Position numbers and translations under genes: made by a program
Notes under the pieces: generated by a model
What the model was told of the DNA's origin: nothing
What the model saw: the letters and a program-made list of their open reading frames with translations, nothing else
Database searches by the model: none
Origin: Methanobacteriota archaeon
GTDB taxonomy: Archaea; Thermoplasmatota; Poseidoniia; Poseidoniales; Poseidoniaceae
Reading direction: 5' to 3'
Length of the DNA stretch: 64,000 nt
Assembly: GCA_018650165.1 (NCBI GenBank)
Contig: JABIGM010000035.1
Coordinates: 1 to 64,000, forward strand
Shown here: positions 9,204-18,588 of the stretch, in pieces
Numbering within the stretch: position 1 is the first letter of the stretch
How the letters are laid out: every line of letters begins with the position of its first letter

Positions 9204-10028
9204 ATGTGGACTGAACTGGTAGACCTACATTCACATTCACGCCACAGCGATGGCCTTTGGACCCCATGTGAAATGGCAACTCGGGCATTTGAATCAGGAG
9301 TGCGTATCTGGTCACTGACAGACCATGATACCAATACTGGTTGGAAAGAAGCACAGGAGGAATGCAACAGACTTGGAATGAAATTCATCCCCGGCGTTGA
9401 AATTACATGTGAAGTAGAACTGCAAAGTGAAACGCACAACCCTACCTCGTGGCACCTCTTGGCATATTTCCCTGATGGTGCATCAATGGAGTTTTCAAAT
9501 TGGCTTGCAGAATTGAAGGAAGCTCGTTTACCTCGGATGAAAAATATGCTAAATGCCCTGAAAGAGCACGGTCATGAGATACCACTTGCAGATGTTGAGA
9601 AACATACTGCTGGTGCCCTAGGCCGCCCCCATCTTGCACGTGCTATGGTCGAGCATGGAATTGTAGATTCTGTTCAGGAAGCATTCGAAGAATGGATAGG
9701 TGATTCTGGGCCGGCATTTCGTGAGCGCCCACTTCCAAGTATTTCCCATGCCGTTGAAACCGTTCATGAAGCCGGTGGAATCACTTCATTAGCCCATCCG
9801 AAATATTATGGAATAAGTTCTGAGATTTTGGTGCCGGCATTGTTACGTTTGGGAGTTGATTGTATCGAGGCAATTCACAACTCTCATCCCGATTCCTATC
9901 GCTTCGAGTTGCTTAATCAAGGTATGCCAGTTACTGTTGGAGGCGATTCACATGGTACCGAAAAGCGCCCTTCTCCAGGAAAGATGGTTGTTCCAATCAG
10001 GAATCTACACCCGTGTTTTCGCCCGTGA
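9204..10028 (+). CDS. PHP-domain phosphoesterase (TrpH/YciV-like)
   Basis: DLHSHSRHSDG, LTDHD, GVEIT, GRPHLARAM, LAHP, GGDSHG. Confidence 0.9.
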   Translation: MWTELVDLHSHSRHSDGLWTPCEMATRAFESGVRIWSLTDHDTNTGWKEAQEECNRLGMKFIPGVEITCEVELQSETHNPTSWHLLAYFPDGASMEFSNWLAELKEARLPRMKNMLNALKEHGHEIPLADVEKHTAGALGRPHLARAMVEHGIVDSVQEAFEEWIGDSGPAFRERPLPSISHAVETVHEAGGITSLAHPKYYGISSEILVPALLRLGVDCIEAIHNSHPDSYRFELLNQGMPVTVGGDSHGTEKRPSPGKMVVPIRNLHPCFRP

Positions 10029-10749
10029 AAGTGTCCCAGATTATAGCAGCTTCAAACAGAAGAATAATTGGTATTGCTACTAGGAATAGAGAGAGCGGGT
10101 CTGGTGGTGAAAAGGCCGCTCCAAGTACAAATGTTGCAAACCATATGTGCTTTCGATATGATAGTAGTGTTGCCCTATCTACAGCGCCACTCTTCAGTGT
10201 GAGGAGTGTAATAAGAGGAGCTTGGAAGCCAATTATGCATACTAGACACAAATTAACAATGAAGCCAATGAATGAAGAAAGCCGCCACTCGGTCGACAGT
10301 CCTGCAGCCTGGGCATCACTTGCAAGGTAGTCAAGAAGCATTGGAGTTAGAAGGTTCCACGAATACAACAAACCGGATATTGCAAGGATAATTGCGAATA
10401 AAAGAGTCAGAACAGCAAACCTTCCTGGTTTGGGTGTTTTAGATGTTAATCCACTTTTCCAGGCACCATCGATTATCAAATAAAATACTGCGAATCCAGC
10501 GCCAACCCAAGCTCCAACTTTCACCTGTAGCATGATGAACTCGACCGGCGTTAAGACAATAATTGCAACATCATCCGGAACTAAACCTGCATTGAGTAAC
10601 CATTCTACCAAACGGTAGGCGAAGGGAATCCCTAGCATTAGTCCTAGCAAAAACAAAATTACAATCGTTTTCAAACGGCTCTTGATGTGGGATGAAACCT
10701 GGTCTAATAGATTCCTGATTTCAGGATCGATTAGTGGTTTGTCATCCAT
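9997..10749 (-). CDS. tatC: Twin-arginine translocase subunit TatC
   Basis: LTPVEF, GFQAPLI, YRKHIWF, FSPPDPLSLFLVAIPIILLFE. Confidence 0.92.
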   Translation of the reverse strand: MDDKPLIDPEIRNLLDQVSSHIKSRLKTIVILFLLGLMLGIPFAYRLVEWLLNAGLVPDDVAIIVLTPVEFIMLQVKVGAWVGAGFAVFYLIIDGAWKSGLTSKTPKPGRFAVLTLLFAIILAISGLLYSWNLLTPMLLDYLASDAQAAGLSTEWRLSSFIGFIVNLCLVCIIGFQAPLITLLTLKSGAVDRATLLSYRKHIWFATFVLGAAFSPPDPLSLFLVAIPIILLFEAAIIWDTFTGENTGVDS

Positions 10750-12180
10750 TCACTCTTCCTCCCACTTGTGGGATGGTGTAGAGTCAATCATTGACCTTCC
10801 GGCCGTCTTTAATCTCTTCAAACGGTATAGCACAAATCCAGTTATCCACATAGATGGTAAAGACAAAGCGACGGCTTTCCACATTTGGTCATCGCCATAG
10901 TCGTTGAGAATTCTGACTTCGATAACATCATCGACATTTTCAGCATCATTGTGCAAAATAACCAGGTGCCATATCTTGACATCAGTAGTGGTAATTACAA
11001 ATTCTTCTCCGGGAAGGACGTCGTATGTGGTAGTGTTCTTTTCCAATTCGTCCCAATCAATTACCCCTTCATCCATGTATATCGATGCGGCATCATTCCA
11101 AATGATTGTAAATTGTAGAGTGTGAGTCTCATCTAAATTTTTGATTGAAGTTGTAATCTCTTCACCATATTGTAATGGTGTCAATATTTCAAAGGTGGAA
11201 TCGCCGCCCCCCAGTCGCATTGAAACGCGGTCATCGATATTTTCTTCTTGGTAAGATGTAGCAGATAGTACAAGGAACAGTATTACTAAAGTGGCAGCAC
11301 CTTCCCAAAATGTGTGGCTAGCGACTTTCTTCTTGTCGACGCCTTCAAACATTTTCCCATGGTCATTACGCAGCCTTGGCTGAAGGTGGTGGATGAATAA
11401 TGCACCAATCGCCCCAACTAACAAACCAAGAGGGATATCAACCAACCAGTGTATGCCGAGGTAGGCTATTGTGAAAATAAACAAAATTGTGTTTATTACA
11501 ATGAATAGGTGGTATGGCCAATGAGTCCATTCACGCATTTTAATTTCCTTCTCTTTACAATGTAGCCAGTTAAGAAGAATCATTCCAAATGGTATTGCTA
11601 CATGCAATGATGGAACTGCGTTGTCAAGAGGGTCATGTGATGCATAGAATGCACTATACCATCCATCGTGATACAGTAGCGCTTTCATTCCGGGTATCCA
11701 TGACGAGGTTACTTCAACATTGAAGAAGAGGTAATACGGTACTGCTATTGCATAGATTAGCAAATAGTTTAGAGTTACTTTGTCAGTCAAATCCCTCTCA
11801 CCAACATAGGCGAAGTAAACAGTTGTAATGTAAATCAGGAAGAGATAGATAAACAAATAGTGGAAGTTGAGGAACTCGGTAAGAATTGCATTTTCAAAGG
11901 TTTGTTGCACCCATAATGTAGCATTACCTTCCAGTGCATATATCCACTCAGTCCAATTCCCAGTACTGATTTTTATTGGTTCATTCAGGTCATCAGTTAC
12001 AGATTTCCATTCCAAAATAACTAGGTAACCAAGTACATGGAGATAGTATCTCTTGTCATGAATTATTTGGAATGCACTACCCAATGGAGTGCGGGTCTCC
12101 TTCCGTCCAAGTGTAAACACCCAACACACTATTGGGGTGAGTATTAGGATAATACCCATCATTACCCAATATGGACTCAT
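10750..12180 (-). CDS. PAP2-superfamily (AUR1/inositol-phosphorylceramide-synthase-like) membrane protein with C-terminal acidic domain
   Basis: NAVPSLHVA and YLGIHWLVD motifs; multiple TM helices. Confidence 0.8.
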   Translation of the reverse strand: MSPYWVMMGIILILTPIVCWVFTLGRKETRTPLGSAFQIIHDKRYYLHVLGYLVILEWKSVTDDLNEPIKISTGNWTEWIYALEGNATLWVQQTFENAILTEFLNFHYLFIYLFLIYITTVYFAYVGERDLTDKVTLNYLLIYAIAVPYYLFFNVEVTSSWIPGMKALLYHDGWYSAFYASHDPLDNAVPSLHVAIPFGMILLNWLHCKEKEIKMREWTHWPYHLFIVINTILFIFTIAYLGIHWLVDIPLGLLVGAIGALFIHHLQPRLRNDHGKMFEGVDKKKVASHTFWEGAATLVILFLVLSATSYQEENIDDRVSMRLGGGDSTFEILTPLQYGEEITTSIKNLDETHTLQFTIIWNDAASIYMDEGVIDWDELEKNTTTYDVLPGEEFVITTTDVKIWHLVILHNDAENVDDVIEVRILNDYGDDQMWKAVALSLPSMWITGFVLYRLKRLKTAGRSMIDSTPSHKWEEE

Positions 12181-12215
12181 ATTTCACCCTTCATAGCCTA
12201 TGGCTATGAGCGTTT

Positions 12216-13982
12216 TCACTCGTGAGAGGCAGAACGGTTTCTTTCATCCTCTGCTTTGGCGACTGCGATACCGTCTTCGACATCGACTTTCCGGAGTATA
12301 ATCGCTCCTGCAATAATCAATATAGAGAGTGCAAAAATTCCTACTCTTGAATCAAACCAGATTGTCATTAGTGAATAAATTAGAGGGCCGAGTAAAGCTG
12401 CAACCTTTCCAAAGAATCCAAAGAAACCAAAGAATTCAGCAGATCGTGTTTCGGGGACCATCTGTCCAAACATCGAACGTGCAAGGCCTTGAGACCCTCC
12501 GAGTAATGCTCCAGCAAATACACCCAGTAACAAGAATTGGTAGAACACGCTCATTCCAAGAGGCTCCCAAATCACCGAACGAACAGTCTCTGGAATAGCG
12601 TCTAAAACTCCATCGCCAAGACTAGATGGGTGATTTACTCCCACTTCGGTTTGTTCACCAAATTCTCCTCCCTCGATGCTATATGAGAATCTTGATTCAT
12701 CCATTGAAGATTTTAGATTAGCGAGTGCATCAGCGGTTAAATTAACTGTAATTGTAATTGGCTTATCATCATCATCAAACGCCCATTTTACAGCATAGCC
12801 TTGTCTTTTAACATCGCTATTTTCCTCTACTGGCAAAATATCCTCATTGTCGAATGCCCATATTTGTTCATCGTCATCTGGTAGTGCAGCGATGTTGTTT
12901 ACACCCTCTCTGGCTTCTACGGTATACGTGTTATTCTCTTCATCCCAAGTGTATTGAATATCGTATTCATCATGGCTTTCAAGTTCCAGAGGGGCGAAAG
13001 AGAGTGCACCTACAATTACTACACACCAGCACACCAGCGAAAAATGCAACGCCTTCTTAGTGCCCCATTTATCTGCTAATTTTGTGAACCCAATAGCCGC
13101 AGGAGCTGCGACGAATTGTATGATTAGAATTGTCATAATGAGGCCAGTGGTTGTTAGGCCCAGCACTACTATTCCGAATACTCCTGCCAAAGCAGTAACA
13201 GAATTTATTCCATCTATGAAACAGAAGTATGCAATCATGTAGATGAATAGTGTCCTGAAACTCTTAATGTCCCCTAAAGTAGATTTCACTTCACCTAGAG
13301 CCATCTTGGTTGAATCCACAACTCCCATAGGTTCCATTTCATTTTCGATGTGAGGCTCTGGAATCATTCTGAACGTCATTTGTGCAAATCCAAGCCACCA
13401 TAATCCAGATGATGCCATGATGAATGGAATGACCCAGGTACCATCTAGCGCCAACCACATTCCAAGGTGGACTACGAGAAGTATGCCACCCCCAAGGTAT
13501 CCTGCAGCAAAGGCTTTGTTTGAGATAGCATCCATTTCAGAATCGTCGCCCATATGCGGGAGTAATGCATTGTAGAATACTCCTGCACCATTAAGTCCGA
13601 CATTTGCAACCATGAACATAATCATGGCCCAAACCCACCCCATCGAGATACCGAGGTATGGAGATGCTGCTAACAGAATACACGAAACTGAACCTATAAC
13701 TGTCAGGACTCTTAACCACCAAATTTTGATCATACGACGGTCAGCGATTACCCCTAGCGATGGAGCACATATTGCAACTAGGAGAGCACCAACCATTACA
13801 GCGGCAGAGAACATTGCATCTGCAGTCCATTCTGACCCAAGGAATTTGGTAGATATACCATTTGCTTCAGCAAACAAAAAGGCAAACCAGGCGGGGAAAA
13901 TCGCAGTGGTAACCGATGTTTCAAAAGCGCTCTTTCCCCAATCATATGCACAATATCCTCGTACGCGTTGGTCTTCTGCCAT
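12216..13982 (-). CDS. MFS transporter, UMF1/BtlA/Atg22-like, with large acidic loop insertion
   Basis: YDWGKSAFETSV, YNALLP, GYLGGG, GGSQGLARSMFGQMVPETRSAEFFGFF; ATG 13982 preferred to ORF start 14102. Confidence 0.88.
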   Translation of the reverse strand: MAEDQRVRGYCAYDWGKSAFETSVTTAIFPAWFAFLFAEANGISTKFLGSEWTADAMFSAAVMVGALLVAICAPSLGVIADRRMIKIWWLRVLTVIGSVSCILLAASPYLGISMGWVWAMIMFMVANVGLNGAGVFYNALLPHMGDDSEMDAISNKAFAAGYLGGGILLVVHLGMWLALDGTWVIPFIMASSGLWWLGFAQMTFRMIPEPHIENEMEPMGVVDSTKMALGEVKSTLGDIKSFRTLFIYMIAYFCFIDGINSVTALAGVFGIVVLGLTTTGLIMTILIIQFVAAPAAIGFTKLADKWGTKKALHFSLVCWCVVIVGALSFAPLELESHDEYDIQYTWDEENNTYTVEAREGVNNIAALPDDDEQIWAFDNEDILPVEENSDVKRQGYAVKWAFDDDDKPITITVNLTADALANLKSSMDESRFSYSIEGGEFGEQTEVGVNHPSSLGDGVLDAIPETVRSVIWEPLGMSVFYQFLLLGVFAGALLGGSQGLARSMFGQMVPETRSAEFFGFFGFFGKVAALLGPLIYSLMTIWFDSRVGIFALSILIIAGAIILRKVDVEDGIAVAKAEDERNRSASHE

Positions 13983-14073
13983 AATTGGTGACCCGCATGT
14001 TTGCTTATGATGGTTGGGCCGGATTTGTGAACCGGCACATGATTCAATAATGAAATCGCATTGAGCCATAACA

Positions 14074-15087
14074 ATGGCATGGTCCCAGCCCGCTGAAAAC
14101 ACTCATGCTTCTTTGGTTGAAGCGATGCAGAGAATGGATGGTGTTGAATTCGATTTGCGTCTGACTGCAGACGACCAGTTAGTAATCCATCACGACCATA
14201 CCGTTTCGATTCCAAAAGATATGTTCGAAGGCCGTTCAAAGATTGTTGAGAATTGGGATTTGAAGGATTTAGAAGAAGTTGGATTTTGTTCATTTGAAAA
14301 ATTGATGTCAGATAAATCATGGCTGGTTCCTTGGCAAGAACATTCGAAAGTTGCATGTCTTGAAATCAAACGAAGTCTGCCAGAGGTTGCCAAAGACCCT
14401 ACCGCGCGAATGGCGCGAATAATGAAATTAGCAAGTGAGATGGTAGACGAAGCTGGAATACACGAAGAGGCTGCGGTGTTTTATGCATTCCATCGGCCTA
14501 TGGCTAAAGTGGCTAAGTTATCCGGTTCTAAGCGACCGTGGTCTCGACTATTACCAATAGTGCCTCGAACAGGTTCACACAATAGTAAGAGATTTCGCGC
14601 TGCGCCCGAATTCATAGCCTATTCCTTCCGTAGATTGCTTTACTCGCAAAAGAAATCAGGGGCGCCAATGATGCCATGTGCCGTAGATTATGTTGAAGGC
14701 CTCAAGAGATTTTTACACTTTGGCAGACCAGTTGGTCTCAAAGGCCGTCAATTGAAACGATTGACGAAGATAAGAAATGGTTTTCCTGTATATGTATGGC
14801 CTGGCCACCCTTACCTAGAGCGAGACTTATTGGGTGCTGGTCTCTCAATACTGACTGATTTTGCAGATCCCGCAATGAAATTACCTTGTGGGAGTGAGCG
14901 CTGGTTGAGGCCAGCCACAATGCCATTGACAGACGAACAATGGTCTGGTTTAGAGAAAGGAATCATCCCGACTGATGTAGCACCGTGGCATGAAACTAGT
15001 GATGAACAATTAGGCTGGAGTGGAACTAGAATGATTGGGCACAGGGGATGCGGTAAAACACCGCGTCCAGTTATTCAATCGATGTGA
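14074..15087 (+). CDS. Glycerophosphodiester phosphodiesterase-family protein (apparently circularly permuted)
   Basis: PAENT, GVEFDLRLTADDQLVIHHD, CLEIK; the HRG motif occurs at the C-terminus (MIGHRGCGK). Confidence 0.8.
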   Translation: MAWSQPAENTHASLVEAMQRMDGVEFDLRLTADDQLVIHHDHTVSIPKDMFEGRSKIVENWDLKDLEEVGFCSFEKLMSDKSWLVPWQEHSKVACLEIKRSLPEVAKDPTARMARIMKLASEMVDEAGIHEEAAVFYAFHRPMAKVAKLSGSKRPWSRLLPIVPRTGSHNSKRFRAAPEFIAYSFRRLLYSQKKSGAPMMPCAVDYVEGLKRFLHFGRPVGLKGRQLKRLTKIRNGFPVYVWPGHPYLERDLLGAGLSILTDFADPAMKLPCGSERWLRPATMPLTDEQWSGLEKGIIPTDVAPWHETSDEQLGWSGTRMIGHRGCGKTPRPVIQSM

Positions 15088-16259
15088 CGAAGTGTTTGGG
15101 CCTCGGCAATATACTTTGGACGGTATATTGGGATTCCTTTTCCGTTGCGCATCACAGTTCTTTCATCGACAATTTGTGCTCCAATTCCAGCAACACGAGC
15201 CCATCCAAAGAAAGTGGTGTAATATTCAGGGTTACGCAAGCCAACGAAATTTAGCAATGCCCCGCTTGCAATATCGACATTGGCATTTGGATTTTGTATC
15301 TTGGGATTTTCAGATAATACCATTGGAGCAACTTCACGAAGAACTTTGATTGTACGGTAGTATTCATCATCCGGGCATATCTCTTGGCCCAAATCGAATT
15401 GCGCAGCTGCTCTCGGGTCTTCAGTTCGTAGAACAGCATGCCCGAAACCGAACACCGGACGCTTTGCCTCTAACTCTCCACGAACGAATCGCTCTACTTC
15501 AGCAGGGTCTGATGTTCCAATACGCTTAACGAATTCAAAGCATGACTGGTTTGCCCGACCATGAAGGGGCCCGGATAGAGCGTTCATTGCACCTGCCATC
15601 GAAGAGTATACTGTTGCATGACCACTTGCCACTGCCTTTCCAGCAAAAGTCGAAAGATTACCGCCGCCATGATCCATGTGTAAGACGAGGTAAGTTGACA
15701 GTACCCTATTCATTACAGCATTATCAATTCCATTTAAATCGAGAGTATTTGTGAACCTTCCAACAAGGGGTAAAGATAAATCATCACTTGGAATATCGTC
15801 AGTTCTGCCTTCTCTGTATCGGAAAATTAACCCCATCAAGCGTGGCATCCTAGCAATCAGGTTGAGGGCATCTTCTCGCCAATCATCTTGCCCACCTAGC
15901 ATTCCTAATGTATGGATCCCAATCGACAGCCAATCCATTGGGTGGCCATCTCGTGGCAGAGTCGCAAGAACTTGTTCCAACCCTTCAGGTATTACTCCAC
16001 GAGTTTGTAACTCTTCTCGGAAATCTACAGACTGTTCGAGTGTTGGAAGTTCCTTGTGAAACAGAAGGAATACTACGTCTTCGGGAGACATCATAGCCAA
16101 TTCACTAATTGGATAACCGCAGTAATGGACTCCTTCATCTGGAGTTACAAAAGAGGTTCGACAAGTGCCAACTGGCACTCCGCGCAATCCTGTATTTAGG
16201 TGCGCAGTGGTCAGGTTAAGCAGAGACTCGTCACCACTCACAAAACCACATCCAACCAT
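15075..16259 (-). CDS. gltA: Citrate synthase (or 2-methylcitrate synthase)
   Basis: GLRGVPV, HPMD, HMDHGGGNLST, LSGPLHGRAN, GFGHAVLR, PNANVD, ARVAG; ATG 16259. Confidence 0.9.
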   Translation of the reverse strand: MVGCGFVSGDESLLNLTTAHLNTGLRGVPVGTCRTSFVTPDEGVHYCGYPISELAMMSPEDVVFLLFHKELPTLEQSVDFREELQTRGVIPEGLEQVLATLPRDGHPMDWLSIGIHTLGMLGGQDDWREDALNLIARMPRLMGLIFRYREGRTDDIPSDDLSLPLVGRFTNTLDLNGIDNAVMNRVLSTYLVLHMDHGGGNLSTFAGKAVASGHATVYSSMAGAMNALSGPLHGRANQSCFEFVKRIGTSDPAEVERFVRGELEAKRPVFGFGHAVLRTEDPRAAAQFDLGQEICPDDEYYRTIKVLREVAPMVLSENPKIQNPNANVDIASGALLNFVGLRNPEYYTTFFGWARVAGIGAQIVDERTVMRNGKGIPIYRPKYIAEAQTLRHID

Positions 16260-16318
16260 AGCGACATGCCACTTCTGTATAAGGACGACGCAAAATGTCT
16301 CTATTATACGCCGATTCG

Positions 16319-16334
16319 GTGTTGCTAGCAACAC
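16319..16334. promoter_or_regulatory. Perfect 16-bp palindrome GTGTTGCTAGCAACAC upstream of citrate synthase
   Basis: Read directly. Lies upstream of TATA-like TATAATAG (16308..16301) and CCTTATAC (16284..16277) on the minus strand. Confidence 0.55.
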
Positions 16335-16375
16335 TTAGTGTCCTAGACTTTTTTTTGATAGTATTACCAAAAATA

Positions 16376-16840
16376 TCATCTTCGGCGGGGGGGCCATTCT
16401 CTGAAGCCTCGAGATGCATCTCGGTCCGCCAAAATTTTCCTGCGAATAGTGTCACCGTCAATGATGAAAGCTTCTTCAGATTCTAGCCCCGGGCATTCGT
16501 TCACAGTCCGCCTCCATGACCGGTCCGAGCGTACATTTTCTGCCCAGAAAGGATATGATTGACATTGTGATGGTCGGGCCTGGTATGTCGTGCATTTCTT
16601 TTCCTCATCCAAATAAATGCAAATATCGGTATCTGGGTCGGATTTGAGAATCCACCTTCCGTCTAGTGTTTGTCTACAATCTCTTTCGAGCCATTCTGGG
16701 ACTTCCATCCCATGATGTGCAGCCATAATGTCAGCATCTCTTGGCTGAAGGTATACTATGCCTCCGGGCTCATCACAGCATTTACCACAATTTGGTTGAC
16801 AGGAAAATGGCACACCTGCCATCCACCATGGGCGGCTCAT
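16376..16840 (-). CDS. YkgJ-family cysteine-cluster protein
   Basis: CQPNCGKCC, CIYLD, CTTYQARPSQCQSYPFW, CPG. Confidence 0.9.
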   Translation of the reverse strand: MSRPWWMAGVPFSCQPNCGKCCDEPGGIVYLQPRDADIMAAHHGMEVPEWLERDCRQTLDGRWILKSDPDTDICIYLDEEKKCTTYQARPSQCQSYPFWAENVRSDRSWRRTVNECPGLESEEAFIIDGDTIRRKILADRDASRGFREWPPRRR

Positions 16841-18588
16841 TCCTCTTCACCTTGCGGGGTTAATACCGTAATGGGAGTTAGCGTTGCGAACTCTCCTTGT
16901 CCTGAAATATCTCTTAGCATCAACTCGATTTCACCAACTCTATCTGCGATTTGAATCAAGTCATCTACACTAGCGTCCTGACTCATTTCTGCAAGGGTGC
17001 TCATCTCTTGTTCGAGTTCTGCTAATTGATTGGATTTAGCCAAGTGCTCCTCGCCCATTTTCTCAAACATTTGTTCAGTGATATTGCTAATACCTTCAAA
17101 CGTTTCATCAACCCTAACTTTGTCAAATCCTCTAGTCTGTGTATCAGAGCCAACAAGGAAAGCATCTCGCTCATCAAGCGTTAAAGTTGTAGTAACATGC
17201 GGAATTAAATTTTCAGTTGTCAGAACTTCATGCAACTCATCTTTCTCTTCAAAAGAAAGTTCTGGAACTTCCCACTCATCACTTATTGTGGGCAAAGTTG
17301 TGTGGAGTTCAACACCTCCAATGTCAGTTCCAGTGTATACGTGGTCGAGTGTCTCGGAAATTACTCGTGATGCAATATCCTCAAGGTCTTCGCGCTGAGT
17401 GAACACTTCTTGTGTTGTCATCATCGTAGGAGCATCTTGCAAAATATTGGTCACATCATCACCCGAAACTACACGCTCTCCCGATTCAATGGCCAAAGCC
17501 ACTTTCTCAAATGCAGCATCGGTGCTACGCCAATCGCCATTCCCAAATGTCACAATTCGGGCTAACATGGAATCATCTAGTAATAAAGAGCGACCACTAG
17601 TATCGCGGCGTAGGTGGGTAATCAGTGATGAAGAGCTTGGTTGTTTGAGCCATATGCTAGTGGATGATCGCATTACTTCCCATAGTCTACGTGCTTGCCA
17701 CTCATTCGAGTCAACTCGTGATGTCGCAATTACTTGCACTCCCAGATTTAAAGCGTAGTCAATCATCAGTCCTAATTCAGTAGCAATTCTTTCTTCTGCT
17801 AAGTGAAGGTCATCAATTGCAATTAGGCGTGCATGCGATACAGCATCCTGCCACCCGTCTGGTAAAGACTCCCAACTGCGCATAGCGGATACTGACAAGA
17901 GGTGAACATTACCATCTTGACGACGAATCATAGCCTGTACAGATGCACTAAGGATGTGTGATTTACCACAGCCACTTGCCCCCAATACCAACAATGGATT
18001 CATCAAACTACCTGGGTTATCAATCACCTTTTCACAAGCCAAAGATGCTCTGGAGTTTTCTTCAACAACATGCCATGATTTCCATGTGTTATGGTCTGAC
18101 ATATTTTGAATGGGTGGCCATTTTGGTCTAAATGATAAATCCTTCAAATTATAATCAGATGAATTTATTGCGTATCCTCTCTGTGAATCCAAAACCTCTG
18201 CCCAAATCGGGCGACCATCCTTTAGAATTCCAAGGTCATCCCCTAGTAACTCTTCACTAAGATCTTCAGTGACTTGTTTATCACGCATTTCACCTATGCG
18301 TTTCGAAGCGATTTGTGCTAAACTGCTATCGGAGGATTCGAGATCTATACTCGGTTTCCACGGCACGCCTTCTCCTAAAATCGCATCAGCCACAATGTCG
18401 AATATAGGACGTGTTTTCACGCCGGTACGTGAAATCAAATCACCTTCGCGAGTATCATTGATAGAATCTACTCCACGTAAGTGATTCAATTTGGAGTGCG
18501 AAGGTTTTCTCGAAGGTGCCTCTTTGCCAAGAACCGTTCTAGCATTTGCTAATGCTAGTTGGAGTTTTTCTTGGTGACTGTGGCTCAC
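16837..18588 (-). CDS. DnaA/Hda-like AAA+ ATPase-domain protein lacking DnaA domain IV
   Basis: TWKSWHVVEENSRASLACEKVIDNPGSLMNPLLVLGASGCGKSHIL (Walker A 17959..17982), IAIDDL (Walker B), VIATS, lid helices; acidic C-terminus. Confidence 0.75.
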   Translation of the reverse strand: MSHSHQEKLQLALANARTVLGKEAPSRKPSHSKLNHLRGVDSINDTREGDLISRTGVKTRPIFDIVADAILGEGVPWKPSIDLESSDSSLAQIASKRIGEMRDKQVTEDLSEELLGDDLGILKDGRPIWAEVLDSQRGYAINSSDYNLKDLSFRPKWPPIQNMSDHNTWKSWHVVEENSRASLACEKVIDNPGSLMNPLLVLGASGCGKSHILSASVQAMIRRQDGNVHLLSVSAMRSWESLPDGWQDAVSHARLIAIDDLHLAEERIATELGLMIDYALNLGVQVIATSRVDSNEWQARRLWEVMRSSTSIWLKQPSSSSLITHLRRDTSGRSLLLDDSMLARIVTFGNGDWRSTDAAFEKVALAIESGERVVSGDDVTNILQDAPTMMTTQEVFTQREDLEDIASRVISETLDHVYTGTDIGGVELHTTLPTISDEWEVPELSFEEKDELHEVLTTENLIPHVTTTLTLDERDAFLVGSDTQTRGFDKVRVDETFEGISNITEQMFEKMGEEHLAKSNQLAELEQEMSTLAEMSQDASVDDLIQIADRVGEIELMLRDISGQGEFATLTPITVLTPQGEEE

